Assembly (NCBI GenBank): GCA_947590905.1
Contig: CANQCU010000007.1
Span: forward strand, 1,067 to 65,066
Direction: 5' to 3'
DNA: 64,000 nucleotides
Source: an uncultured Clostridia bacterium
GTDB taxonomy: Bacteria > Bacillota > Clostridia > TANB77 > CAG-508
The position numbers and the translations under genes were made by a program. Below, piece by piece: positions 43,651 to 52,964 of this stretch. The first letter of the stretch is position 1. Each line of letters opens with the position of its first letter. Under the pieces are notes generated by a model. It did no database searches and was not told where the DNA came from. It saw only the letters and a program-made list of their open reading frames with translations.

Positions 43651-43940
43651 TAGTTAATATATATTATACATTAACTAATTTTTAAATGCAAAGGAAATTT
43701 TTAAAAAGTTTAGAATAATTTATAATTTTATTTTATAGATTTCGCAATTTTCTAATAAATTAAATATTAGTAATCTTTCTTACTGAAAACTTTTAAAATA
43801 TAATCATATTAGCTGGTTTTTATAAAATTATAGATTGATTTTAAGCTTAAATTATGTTATAATATATAAGCTGTTTGGATTATTCCATATCAGCTGAAAA
43901 GACATAGGTTAGCACTTATTATTTTTTTGGAGGTAAATGA

Positions 43941-44192
43941 ATGCAATATCCAATTGTCAGAGTAAATTTCCCGTCTCGGATTCGTGGCTTTAGCCGTAGC
44001 GACTACCTTGCTCTCAGAGTCAATGACGCTATAGAAATTGCCAATGAAGAAAACACACCCGTGACCTTGAAAGGAAACTTCTACCCCAGCGATATCGATT
44101 ATGCCCGAAAAAAGCACGGCTTAACGCCTGTTTCCACCAGCGAGCTGTTATCAAACGGAACAGTCATGGCGACTTTCATCATTGAGCCTTGA
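43941..44192 (+). CDS. Hypothetical protein (GC-richer orphan); in-frame CGG at 43977
   Basis: GGAGGT RBS, TTGATT-17-TATAAT promoter at 43835..43863. Confidence 0.6.
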   Translation: MQYPIVRVNFPSRIRGFSRSDYLALRVNDAIEIANEENTPVTLKGNFYPSDIDYARKKHGLTPVSTSELLSNGTVMATFIIEP

Positions 44193-44366
44193 CTTATGAA
44201 GCTTACGATTTAATCTTAAGCTTCTACTTCAGGAAATCTTAAGCGCTACTACCTCAGAAGGTTCAATTCCCTGTGCTAACTGATTGTCTAGTCCTTGGGC
44301 TCTTCACCTGAGGCAAAAAAAGCTAAGCAGTCATTCTCTTTTTTGAGTCTGACTGCTTAGTCCTTA

Positions 44367-45159
44367 TTATTTTTCAATTACTTCATTTTGCTTCTTTGAT
44401 TTTTTTAATCTTTTATTTTTTGGCTTAACTTTTTCACGTATAAACAAGTTTATACTTCTTTTTATATTATTTGTACGTGCAAGTTGTACTTTTTTATATT
44501 CATTTATATGTTCTTCTATATTTTTCACATTATTACTAATTGCAAATAAAAAAGAGTATTTTTCTTTTCTTCTACGTGCTTCTTGTAAAATGCTTGACTT
44601 AAATTCTTCATATTTTACTATCAAATCTTTTTCTTTTGCAAATTTACGTATTTTAACTACAAGTTGGGTACTATAGACTGTATCTATTACAATAACTCCA
44701 AAAAAGAATCCTATAAAAAATGAAAATGTTAAATTATTCTCAAGCCAATGTAAAGAATCTATTATATATGGATTTACTAGATAGTAATAAATTGCACCTA
44801 ATATAGTCCAAAAGAATGTATATAATGGACAAATTAATCCATCAATATTTCCCCATTCTTCTGAGTAATCCCAGAGTTTTACTCCCATACCTTTTATAAA
44901 TATAAGTCCTGCTATGTATTCAATTAATGTTACAGAAAGCCCCATAATAATTACTAGTAGTATTCCATTAATATTTATTTGAGCTAAAAGATAATATACG
45001 CATAATCCGAAATCCATATAATGGTAAATATGGTCCAACTAAAAATCCTGGATTTATCCATTCTTTATTAGATATCATTCTTCTATAAAATAGTTCTAAT
45101 ATCCATCCTCCTATGCTTCCTATAAAAAATAGAAAAGCTAGTGTTAAAAATACATTCAT
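44367..45159 (-). CDS. Putative ABC-permease-like membrane protein (TMEM229/CmpB-like; 263 aa after +1 shift at CGGA 45007)
   Basis: GWILEL, NPGFLVGPYLPLYGF-G-LC, LWDYS, NIDGLICP. Confidence 0.8.
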
Positions 45160-45212
45160 ATTAAATTCCCCTTTAATCTTTAAATATACTAATATTCTCT
45201 TCATTAAGCTTA

Positions 45213-45997
45213 TTATTTTTTAAATTTATAATAATATGGTTTTATGTCTGGAGAATAATTTTTAGCTAAAACCAAATCACCATTTTCTAACATAATTGTT
45301 GCATTTGGCAATACTTTAACCATTACTTCATTTCCCCAAAATTTATAAATTATATTAGCCAGTTCTTCATGTTCTTTATATATAAAATTATATTTCTCTA
45401 TTGCTTTTTCTTTATTTGCAACAGGTAAATCATTTTCAACTGTTATTCTATTAAAATAAAAATCAGAAGCTATACCAGTTATGGTAAAGTCTAAAAATAA
45501 GAATATTATCATTGCTATATCCAAAACTTTTAAAATTATTGTATTGCCTTTAACTTTAAGCTTTAACCAATCTAATATTTCATCTATCTTTGGATTTACA
45601 ATTTTTAATAAATAAGCCCCTAGAATTCCCCAAAATACACAATAAATAAATGAAACTCTTCCATTTATATTCAAAAACTTGTCAGAGTAATCCCACCAAC
45701 GAGTATTAAGCATTTTCTCTCCAAGAAAACTTATCATATATTCAGTTACTCCGCCCGTACTAAAAATCCTCCTATAAACAAAGCATGTACACTTTTGTCT
45801 ACTTTTTTAAGAGAACATATCATAAGTACTGCTCCAAGACCATATATCGCGCAAAAAGGTCCATATAAAAAGCTTTGTCTTGATTCTAATACTCCGTACA
45901 TTATAAGTGCATAGGTTGTTTCTATTATAAAGCCTAAGAAACTATAAATAATAAAATACGCAAATATTCTCCATATAGAAATTCCTGCTATTTTCAT
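45213..45997 (-). CDS. Putative ABC-permease-like membrane protein, same family (260 aa after tandem CGGG-CGGA at 45750-45757)
   Basis: FLYGPFCAIYGLG, FLV-G-G-VTEYMISF, WWDYS, NINGRV. Confidence 0.8.
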
Positions 45998-46231
45998 CTT
46001 TTATTCCTCATATCAAATTGTTTTTAATAATTAAAAGTATTTCTTTTAATTATTATTTTTAAAATAATGTATTTATTATAACTCTTTTTATGGTTTTTTG
46101 CAAATTTTGTAAAAGTTATTGCATACGAAAGTGACTCATACATTTCTTATGTATGAGTCATATTACTTATAAAATTAAAATTTCATAATTTTTTTACTTA
46201 GTTTTTATTTAGCTTATTTAAATTTTTTTAT

Positions 46232-47947
46232 TTAACTTGCTTTCAAATTCAACTTGCGAAGTTCTTCAAATCTTTTTATCTTGTTAGTTGTTGTCTTTGC
46301 AAATTCTTCTGTTGTTATAATCATATGTTTTACATATTTATATTTTGGAAATAACTTATTAGTTTCTTTAATTTTTTCCCATATTATTTTTTCAAGTTCC
46401 TCTTCACTTAGATTAGGATATTTTTCTTTTGCAACTTCCTCATTATATTTTATTTTTACTGATAAAACAACATCATCATTTTTTGGAAGTGCAAATACAA
46501 AGCATTCTTCCACTAAATCTATTTTATTTATATGTTCTTCTATTTCCTCTGGGAATATCTTTTTACCATTTTTTAAAACAATAAGATTTTTCTTCCTTCC
46601 AGTAATATATACAAAGCCATCATCATCAATATATCCATAATCACCAGTATAAAACCATCCATGCTTTAAAACAGCTTTTGTTGCTTCCTCATCTTCATAG
46701 TATCCAAGCATAACATTTGGGGCTTTTACGACTATTTCCCCTATTCCTTCTTTGCTCTTTTCCTCTATTCTTATTTGAACATTTTTCATAGGGAAACCTA
46801 CTGAACCATATCTTTTATATTTATAATTTTCTGCGCAAAGAACCGGTGCTGTTTCTGTCAAACCATATCCTTGTCTTGTCATAATTCCTAAATCATTAAG
46901 CCCTTTTTCTACTTCTTTGTTTAAAGGAGCTGCTCCACTTATAATAAATCTAAGTCCTCCTAGTCCATCAATTATTTCTTTGAACACTTTTCTTCTTATA
47001 TCTATTCCGAATTTTAACAAGATTTTTGTAAACATTTTACCAATTTTTACTTGTTTTGTTTTACCTTTTTTTGCTATTTCTTCATTTATTTTTTCATATA
47101 TTTTTTCTATTAATGCTGGAACACCTACAAAGAATGTTATATTATACTCTTTTAAATTTTGAGCAATATATCTTAATCCATCAGGAAACGCTGTTGTTAT
47201 TCCTGTGCTTAACATTACAAGTTGACCTGTTGAGCCAAATGTATGATGAAACGGTAAAAATGCTAAGTTTATATCTGTACTTCTAAAATCTTCTACAAGT
47301 TGCATATCAGATATATTTCTTGCTATGTTGTATTGTGAAAGCATTACTATTTTAGAATTAGAGGTTGTTCCAGATGTAAATACTAAACTAGCTAGTGCTT
47401 TATCATCTATTTCTGCTTTTAAGTAATCTTCATTGCCATTTTCTAATTCTTTTTTGCCTATTTCTTTTATATCTTCTAAGCTTTTTACACCTTCTACTTT
47501 GTCCATGCATATATATTCGCTCAAATTTGATTTGTTTTCACTTTTTACTTTATTAATTACCTCACTATATTTTTCTTCATAAACTATGCAGTCTGCCTTG
47601 CTTCTTATTATTGAACTTTCTATTTCTACATCAGTTAATCCTTTGTCTAATGGAACTGATACCATTCCTCCAAGCAAGGTTGCAACATAAGATAAAACCC
47701 ATTCATATCTATTTTTTGCGATTATTGCAATTCTTTTTCCTTTTAATCCAAGTGCAAAAAAGCCTGTACCTACTTCATTTACTTCTTCAAAGAACTCTGT
47801 ATATGTTATATCTTTATACTTTATTTCTTCTCCATTTTTTTCTTTTAATCTAAAAGCTACATTGTTTGGATTTCTTTTTAATGAATAATAAAGCATATCT
47901 CTTATATTATCAAAAACTGGATAGTCAAAAAATACTTCATCTCTCAT
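46232..47947 (-). CDS. AMP-binding long-chain acyl-CoA synthetase
   Basis: FTSGTTSNSK, GYGLTETAP, FYTGD, GRKKNLIV. Confidence 0.92.
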   Translation of the reverse strand: MRDEVFFDYPVFDNIRDMLYYSLKRNPNNVAFRLKEKNGEEIKYKDITYTEFFEEVNEVGTGFFALGLKGKRIAIIAKNRYEWVLSYVATLLGGMVSVPLDKGLTDVEIESSIIRSKADCIVYEEKYSEVINKVKSENKSNLSEYICMDKVEGVKSLEDIKEIGKKELENGNEDYLKAEIDDKALASLVFTSGTTSNSKIVMLSQYNIARNISDMQLVEDFRSTDINLAFLPFHHTFGSTGQLVMLSTGITTAFPDGLRYIAQNLKEYNITFFVGVPALIEKIYEKINEEIAKKGKTKQVKIGKMFTKILLKFGIDIRRKVFKEIIDGLGGLRFIISGAAPLNKEVEKGLNDLGIMTRQGYGLTETAPVLCAENYKYKRYGSVGFPMKNVQIRIEEKSKEGIGEIVVKAPNVMLGYYEDEEATKAVLKHGWFYTGDYGYIDDDGFVYITGRKKNLIVLKNGKKIFPEEIEEHINKIDLVEECFVFALPKNDDVVLSVKIKYNEEVAKEKYPNLSEEELEKIIWEKIKETNKLFPKYKYVKHMIITTEEFAKTTTNKIKRFEELRKLNLKAS

Positions 47948-48057
47948 TTTTGTTTTTTTCTCCTTTTTATCTAGTATTTGTTACTAGATTATCATATCAT
48001 TTAAATCTTGTCAAGGTATATTAAATATTATTATTCTTAATTTTTATATTATTCTAT

Positions 48058-48203
48058 ATTGAATATATATATTATTTTTATATAAACTTTGTAGTCGCAA
48101 CTTCCAAAAAATTTTTTATATGTAAGTTGCTCCATATCGCACTTCGCTTACGCTACGTTTGATCGCTTACGCAGTTCATATAAAAATAATATATATATTC
48201 AAT
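48058..48203. repeat. Family A element, copy 4
   Basis: 31-bp arms 48058-48088 and 48173-48203 (1 mismatch); 3' half of the core is identical to copy 1. Confidence 0.85.
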
Positions 48204-48286
48204 AATTTAAAATTAGTATAAATTTATATTTTTTGGAAATAAATAACTTTAGGTAACAAAATAAGTACCAGAAAGGATTGATTTTT

Positions 48287-48460
48287 ATGACAAGTAAAGA
48301 ATTGCTTTATGTTGAAGACGCTTTAGGACATGAAACTTTTATGAAAAATTGCAGTCAGCAAACAGCTAGCAAGCTTCAAGACCCTACACTCTCTGCTTAT
48401 GTAGGAGAATTAACTCAAAAACATAATGAGATTTTTAACAAATTTTTAAATTTACTTTAA
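48287..48460 (+). CDS. Small spore-coat-associated protein
   Basis: MTSKELLYVEDALGHE; paired with a CotF-like gene. Confidence 0.65.
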   Translation: MTSKELLYVEDALGHETFMKNCSQQTASKLQDPTLSAYVGELTQKHNEIFNKFLNLL

Positions 48461-48474
48461 TTTAGGAGGTTATT

Positions 48475-48723
48475 ATGCAAGATAAAGAATTAATGGAACA
48501 AGAATTATTAGTTATTAAAGGCGTTTGTGATTTATATCAGCATGGTACAATAGAATCTACAACAGCAGAAGTTCATACTGCTTTTAAAGAAGCTCTAAAT
48601 GAATCTTTAGATATTCAAAACAAATTATATAACTTAATGTCAGAAAAAGGTTGGTATACAACAAATACTGTTGAGCAACAAAAAATAGCGCAAACTAAGC
48701 AAAAATTTTCTCAAAATTCTTAA
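48475..48723 (+). CDS. Spore coat protein (Coat F-like)
   Basis: MQDKELM...LYQHGTIES...LMSEKGWY. Confidence 0.75.
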   Translation: MQDKELMEQELLVIKGVCDLYQHGTIESTTAEVHTAFKEALNESLDIQNKLYNLMSEKGWYTTNTVEQQKIAQTKQKFSQNS

Positions 48724-48747
48724 ATAAAAGCACCTTGGTATTAGACA

Positions 48748-48782
48748 AAAAAACAGAGCAGGCAAAGCCTGCTCTGTTTTTT
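48748..48782. terminator. Bidirectional terminator
   Basis: aaaaaacagagcagg-caaag-cctgctctgtttttt between convergent genes. Confidence 0.8.
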
Positions 48783-48784
48783 CA

Positions 48785-49027
48785 CTACATTGATCTGGCG
48801 CACAGTGCTATCATTGCAAAAAGTATCAATATGCAGATAACAACTGTGATGGGTACCGCCGCTATCTCGGTGATCCGGCACAGAATCGGCATAGTTTTTT
48901 TCTCGTTGTCTATCCCTTTAATGGCAACTTTTTCAAGTCTTTTTACGACCATGTTTGCCAAGAATCCGACAAGAGAAAGAATTATACCAATTCCTACGCC
49001 AGGTGCAAAGATGCTCATGAAACTCAT
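48785..49027 (-). CDS. Small two-TM hypothetical protein (GC-richer orphan); in-frame CGG at 48875-48877
   Basis: AAGGAG RBS, family C-like leader, promoter TTTACA-17-TATAAT at 49169..49141. Confidence 0.6.
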   Translation of the reverse strand: MSFMSIFAPGVGIGIILSLVGFLANMVVKRLEKVAIKGIDNEKKTMPILCRITEIAAVPITVVICILILFAMIALCARSM

Positions 49028-49244
49028 TTTATTCTCCTTTCTTTTATTGATGAAAAAATTTATGCCTTCCTAAAAAGTAAGAAGAAGATCTTACCTAATA
49101 GTGAAAATGATACAAATGCAAACTAGCATTTGTATCATTTATTATAGCATTATTTACATAATTTGTAAAGTTTATTTTTGTCTTTGGAATTAGTATTAAG
49201 TCATCAAATATAGATTAAAAATATCAATTTACTTTAATGGTGAA

Positions 49245-51133
49245 TTATTCTAATTCAAATGCTCCTGTATATAATTGATAATATGTTCCTTTTTGTGCAA
49301 TTAACTCTTCATGTTCTCCTCTTTCAATTATTCTTCCATGGTCTAGAACCATTATTGCTTTTGAATTTCTAACTGTTGAGAGTCTATGAGCAATAACAAA
49401 TACAGTTCTTCCAGCCATAAGTTTATCCATACCATCTTGAACTATTTTCTCAGTTCTTGTATCAATGCTAGAAGTTGCCTCATCTAGTATCATAACTGGC
49501 GGATCATTAATTGCTGCCCTTGCAATAGATAGAAGCTGTCTTTGCCCTTGTGATAAGTTTGCCCCATCACTTGTTAAAAATGTATCATAGCCATCTGGAA
49601 GTCTCATAATAAAGTCATGTGCATTTGCAAGTTTAGCAGCGTTTATCACTTCTTCATCTGTTGCATCTTCTCTTCCGTATCTTATATTATCTTTTATTGT
49701 TCCTGTAAATAGGTTCGTATCTTGAAGTACCATACCTAGTGAACGTCTTAGGTCATCTTTCTTAATCTTATTTATATTTATTCCATCATATCTAATTTTT
49801 CCGATCTTCTATGTCATAGAAACGATTTAATAGATTTGTTATAGTAGTTTTTCCGTGCTCCAGTTGCTCCTACAAAAGCAATTTTTTGACCAGGTTTTGC
49901 ATATATACTTATATCATGTAACACTGTTTTTCCTTCTTCATACGCAAAATCAACATCAAGCAATTCTATATTTCCTTTAACTTCTTTATATTCAAGTGTT
50001 CCATCATGATGAGGATGTTTCCAAGCCCAAATTCCAGTTCTTTCTCTTGTCTCTGTTAATACTCCATTTTCATATTTAGCATTTACTAAAGTAACATATC
50101 CATTATCTTGTTCAGGTTCTTCATCCATTAGTTCAAATATTCTCTTTGCACCTGCAAGTGCCATTACAACAGAATTTAATTGTTGTGAAATCTGTCCTAT
50201 TGGTCTTGTAAAAGTTTTACTTAATTGTAAGAAAGCTATTATTAGTCCAGTTGTTATATTTCCAATTCCATTTATTGCTAATATTCCCCCTACTATTGCA
50301 ACTAAGGCATATTGTACATTTCCAAGTGCAACTAATATTGGCATCAAAATATTTGCAAATTTATGAGCTTGATTCATAGCTTCAAAAAGCTCGCCATTTA
50401 TCTTGTCAAACTCTTCTTTTGCTTTATCTTCATAGCAAAATACCTTTACAACCTTTTGACCATTAATCATTTCCTCTATATATCCGTTTACTTTACCTAT
50501 TGCTTGTTGTTGCTTTATAAAGTATTTACCACTCTTTCCTGCGACTTGTTTTGTAATTGATAGCATTATAAATAATGAAACCATTACAACTAAAGTTAAA
50601 AATATATTAGTTACAACCATCGCAATAAATACACCTACTATTGTAATTGCAGATGCAATTAACTGTGGTAAACTCTGTGCAATCATTTGTTCCAAAGTAT
50701 CTGTATCATTTGTATAATGACTCATAATGTCTCCATGAGTATGTGTGTCAAAATATTTTATAGGAAGTCTTTGCATTTTACTAAACATCTCATCACGAAT
50801 TGTTTTTAATGTACTCTGTGAAATGTTTACCATAACTCTTGTATAAATAAATATTGTAACAACACCAATCAAATAAAAACTTGCCATTATTCCAACTGCT
50901 TTTATTAATTCTGTATAAACGGGATTTTCTACGCCTATTAATGGAGTTATATAGTTATCAACTAAAGTTTCCAAAAATAGTGAAGAAGCAATATTTGCAG
51001 CTGTGTTTGCAATAATACAAAATAGCACTAAAGCAAGTGTCCATTTATGTTTTTGCTTCATATAGCTAAATATTCTTTTTATTGTTTTAATATCAAATTT
51101 TTTCATAGGAGGTCTTTTCTCGTTATTCTCCAT
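49245..51133 (-). CDS. ABC exporter ATP-binding/permease subunit (628 aa after +1 shifts at 49853 and 49801)
   Basis: Walker A GATGA-G-KTT, YDIED-G-KIRYDG, LSQGQRQ, ILDEATS, IAHRL. Confidence 0.92.
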
Positions 51134-52859
51134 CTGCTTCTCCTCCTTTCATTTGTGAAGTGTATACATCTTTGTAGATTTCATTTGTCTTCATTAGTTC
51201 TTCATGTGTTCCAACTCCATTTATTCTTCCATTATCCATTACTATAATTTTATCTGCATCTTCAACAGACGAAATTCTTTGTGCAATAATTATTTTTGTA
51301 GTATTTGGAATTTCTTCTTTAAAAGCCTTTCTAATTAAACTATCTGTTTTAGTATCTACTGCACTAGTTGAGTCATCTAATATTAATATTTTTGGCTTTT
51401 TTAGTAAAGCTCTTGCAATACAAAGTCTTTGTTTTTGTCCTCCTGATACATTTGTTCCTCCCTGCTCTATGTAAGTATCATATCCGTCTGGAAATGCTGT
51501 TATAAATTCATCTGCTTGTGCTAGTTTACAAACTTTAATCATTTCTTCATCTGTTGCATCTTCTTTACCCCAACGTAAATTGTCTTTTATTGTTCCTGAG
51601 AATAATACATTCTTTTGAAGTACCATTGCAACTTGATTTCTTAAAGCCTTTAAATCATAATCTTTAACATCTATTCCTCCAACTTTAACTACTCCTTCTG
51701 TTGCGTCAAATAATCTTGGTATTAATTGTACTAAAGTTGTTTTAGAGCTTCCTGTTCCTCCAATTATTCCAACAGTTTCTCCTGATTTTATCTCTAAATT
51801 AACATCTTTTAAGCATGTTCTGTCTTTATCTCCCACATAGCTAAAACTTACATTCTCAAAAGAAATAGAACCATCTTTTACTTCTTCTATTGGATTTTCT
51901 TTATTCTTTAAATTGCTTTCTTCATCTAATAACTCAACTATTCTTTCTGCTGATGCTCTAGATATCATAATCATAACCAAAACCATAGATAGCATCATAA
52001 GTGACATTAATATTTGCATTGCATATGAGATTAAACTTGTTAGCTCACCTGTTGTTAAGTTATTATTTATTATTAAGATACCACCTACAAGTGATATAAG
52101 TATTATTACTATATCGACTGTAAATTGCATTAATGGACTATTTAATGCAACTATTTTTTCTGCTTTTGAAAAATTGTTGAATATCTTTTTAGATGTTGCA
52201 TCAAATTTATTTATTTCTTTATCTTCTGTTACATAAGATTTTACAACTCTTATTCCTCTTACATTTTCTTGTACAATGCTGTTTAAATCATCATAAGTTC
52301 TAAATGTTTCCTCAAAAATTGGATGTGCCTTTGTGGCAATCAAATATAGTCCTATTCCTAAGAAAGGTACCATAACTAAGAATATTAAAGCAAGTTTTGC
52401 ATTTATAGTAAGTACCATTATTAATGCAAATATAAGTGTTAATGGTGCTTTAAATGCTATTCTTATTAGCATTTGGAAGGCCATTTGAACATTTGTTACG
52501 TCTGTTGTATGTCTTGTGATTATACTAGCTGTTGAGAATTTATCTATGTTTGAAAAAGAAAAATCTTGAACATTATAGTACATATTTTTCCTTAAGTTTT
52601 TAGCAAAACCAGATGATGCTTTTGCTGAAAATTTTCCTGACAATATTCCAAAAACTAGTGAAGCAATCGCACATATTATTAAAAGTATTCCGATTTTGTA
52701 TATAGTATTAACATCCCCTTTATTAATACCATCATCAATCAAATATGCCATTAAGGAAGGTATAATTACCTCCATAATTGATTCTAATCCAACAAATATT
52801 GGAGATAGTATTGCTTCTTTTTTGTATTCCTGTATTTGTTTTGCAAGTTTCTTTATCAT
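51123..52859 (-). CDS. ABC exporter ATP-binding/permease subunit (degenerate-site partner of a heterodimer)
   Basis: GGTGSSKTT, VSGGQKQR, ILDDSTS, IAQRI. Confidence 0.93.
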   Translation of the reverse strand: MIKKLAKQIQEYKKEAILSPIFVGLESIMEVIIPSLMAYLIDDGINKGDVNTIYKIGILLIICAIASLVFGILSGKFSAKASSGFAKNLRKNMYYNVQDFSFSNIDKFSTASIITRHTTDVTNVQMAFQMLIRIAFKAPLTLIFALIMVLTINAKLALIFLVMVPFLGIGLYLIATKAHPIFEETFRTYDDLNSIVQENVRGIRVVKSYVTEDKEINKFDATSKKIFNNFSKAEKIVALNSPLMQFTVDIVIILISLVGGILIINNNLTTGELTSLISYAMQILMSLMMLSMVLVMIMISRASAERIVELLDEESNLKNKENPIEEVKDGSISFENVSFSYVGDKDRTCLKDVNLEIKSGETVGIIGGTGSSKTTLVQLIPRLFDATEGVVKVGGIDVKDYDLKALRNQVAMVLQKNVLFSGTIKDNLRWGKEDATDEEMIKVCKLAQADEFITAFPDGYDTYIEQGGTNVSGGQKQRLCIARALLKKPKILILDDSTSAVDTKTDSLIRKAFKEEIPNTTKIIIAQRISSVEDADKIIVMDNGRINGVGTHEELMKTNEIYKDVYTSQMKGGEADGE

Positions 52860-52964
52860 GATTTTCCTCCAAATTATATTTTAGTATTTAGCTCATGGCT
52901 AAATTAAAGTGTGCTTCACTTCTGCGAAGCACTTCTTTAAATTTCTTATAAAATTTTATCACTT

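Noticed and set aside
44255-44275. GGTTCAATTCCC resembling a tRNA T-loop (candidate frameshift-suppressor tRNA)
   Set aside because: No proper T-stem, acceptor stem or D arm could be formed.
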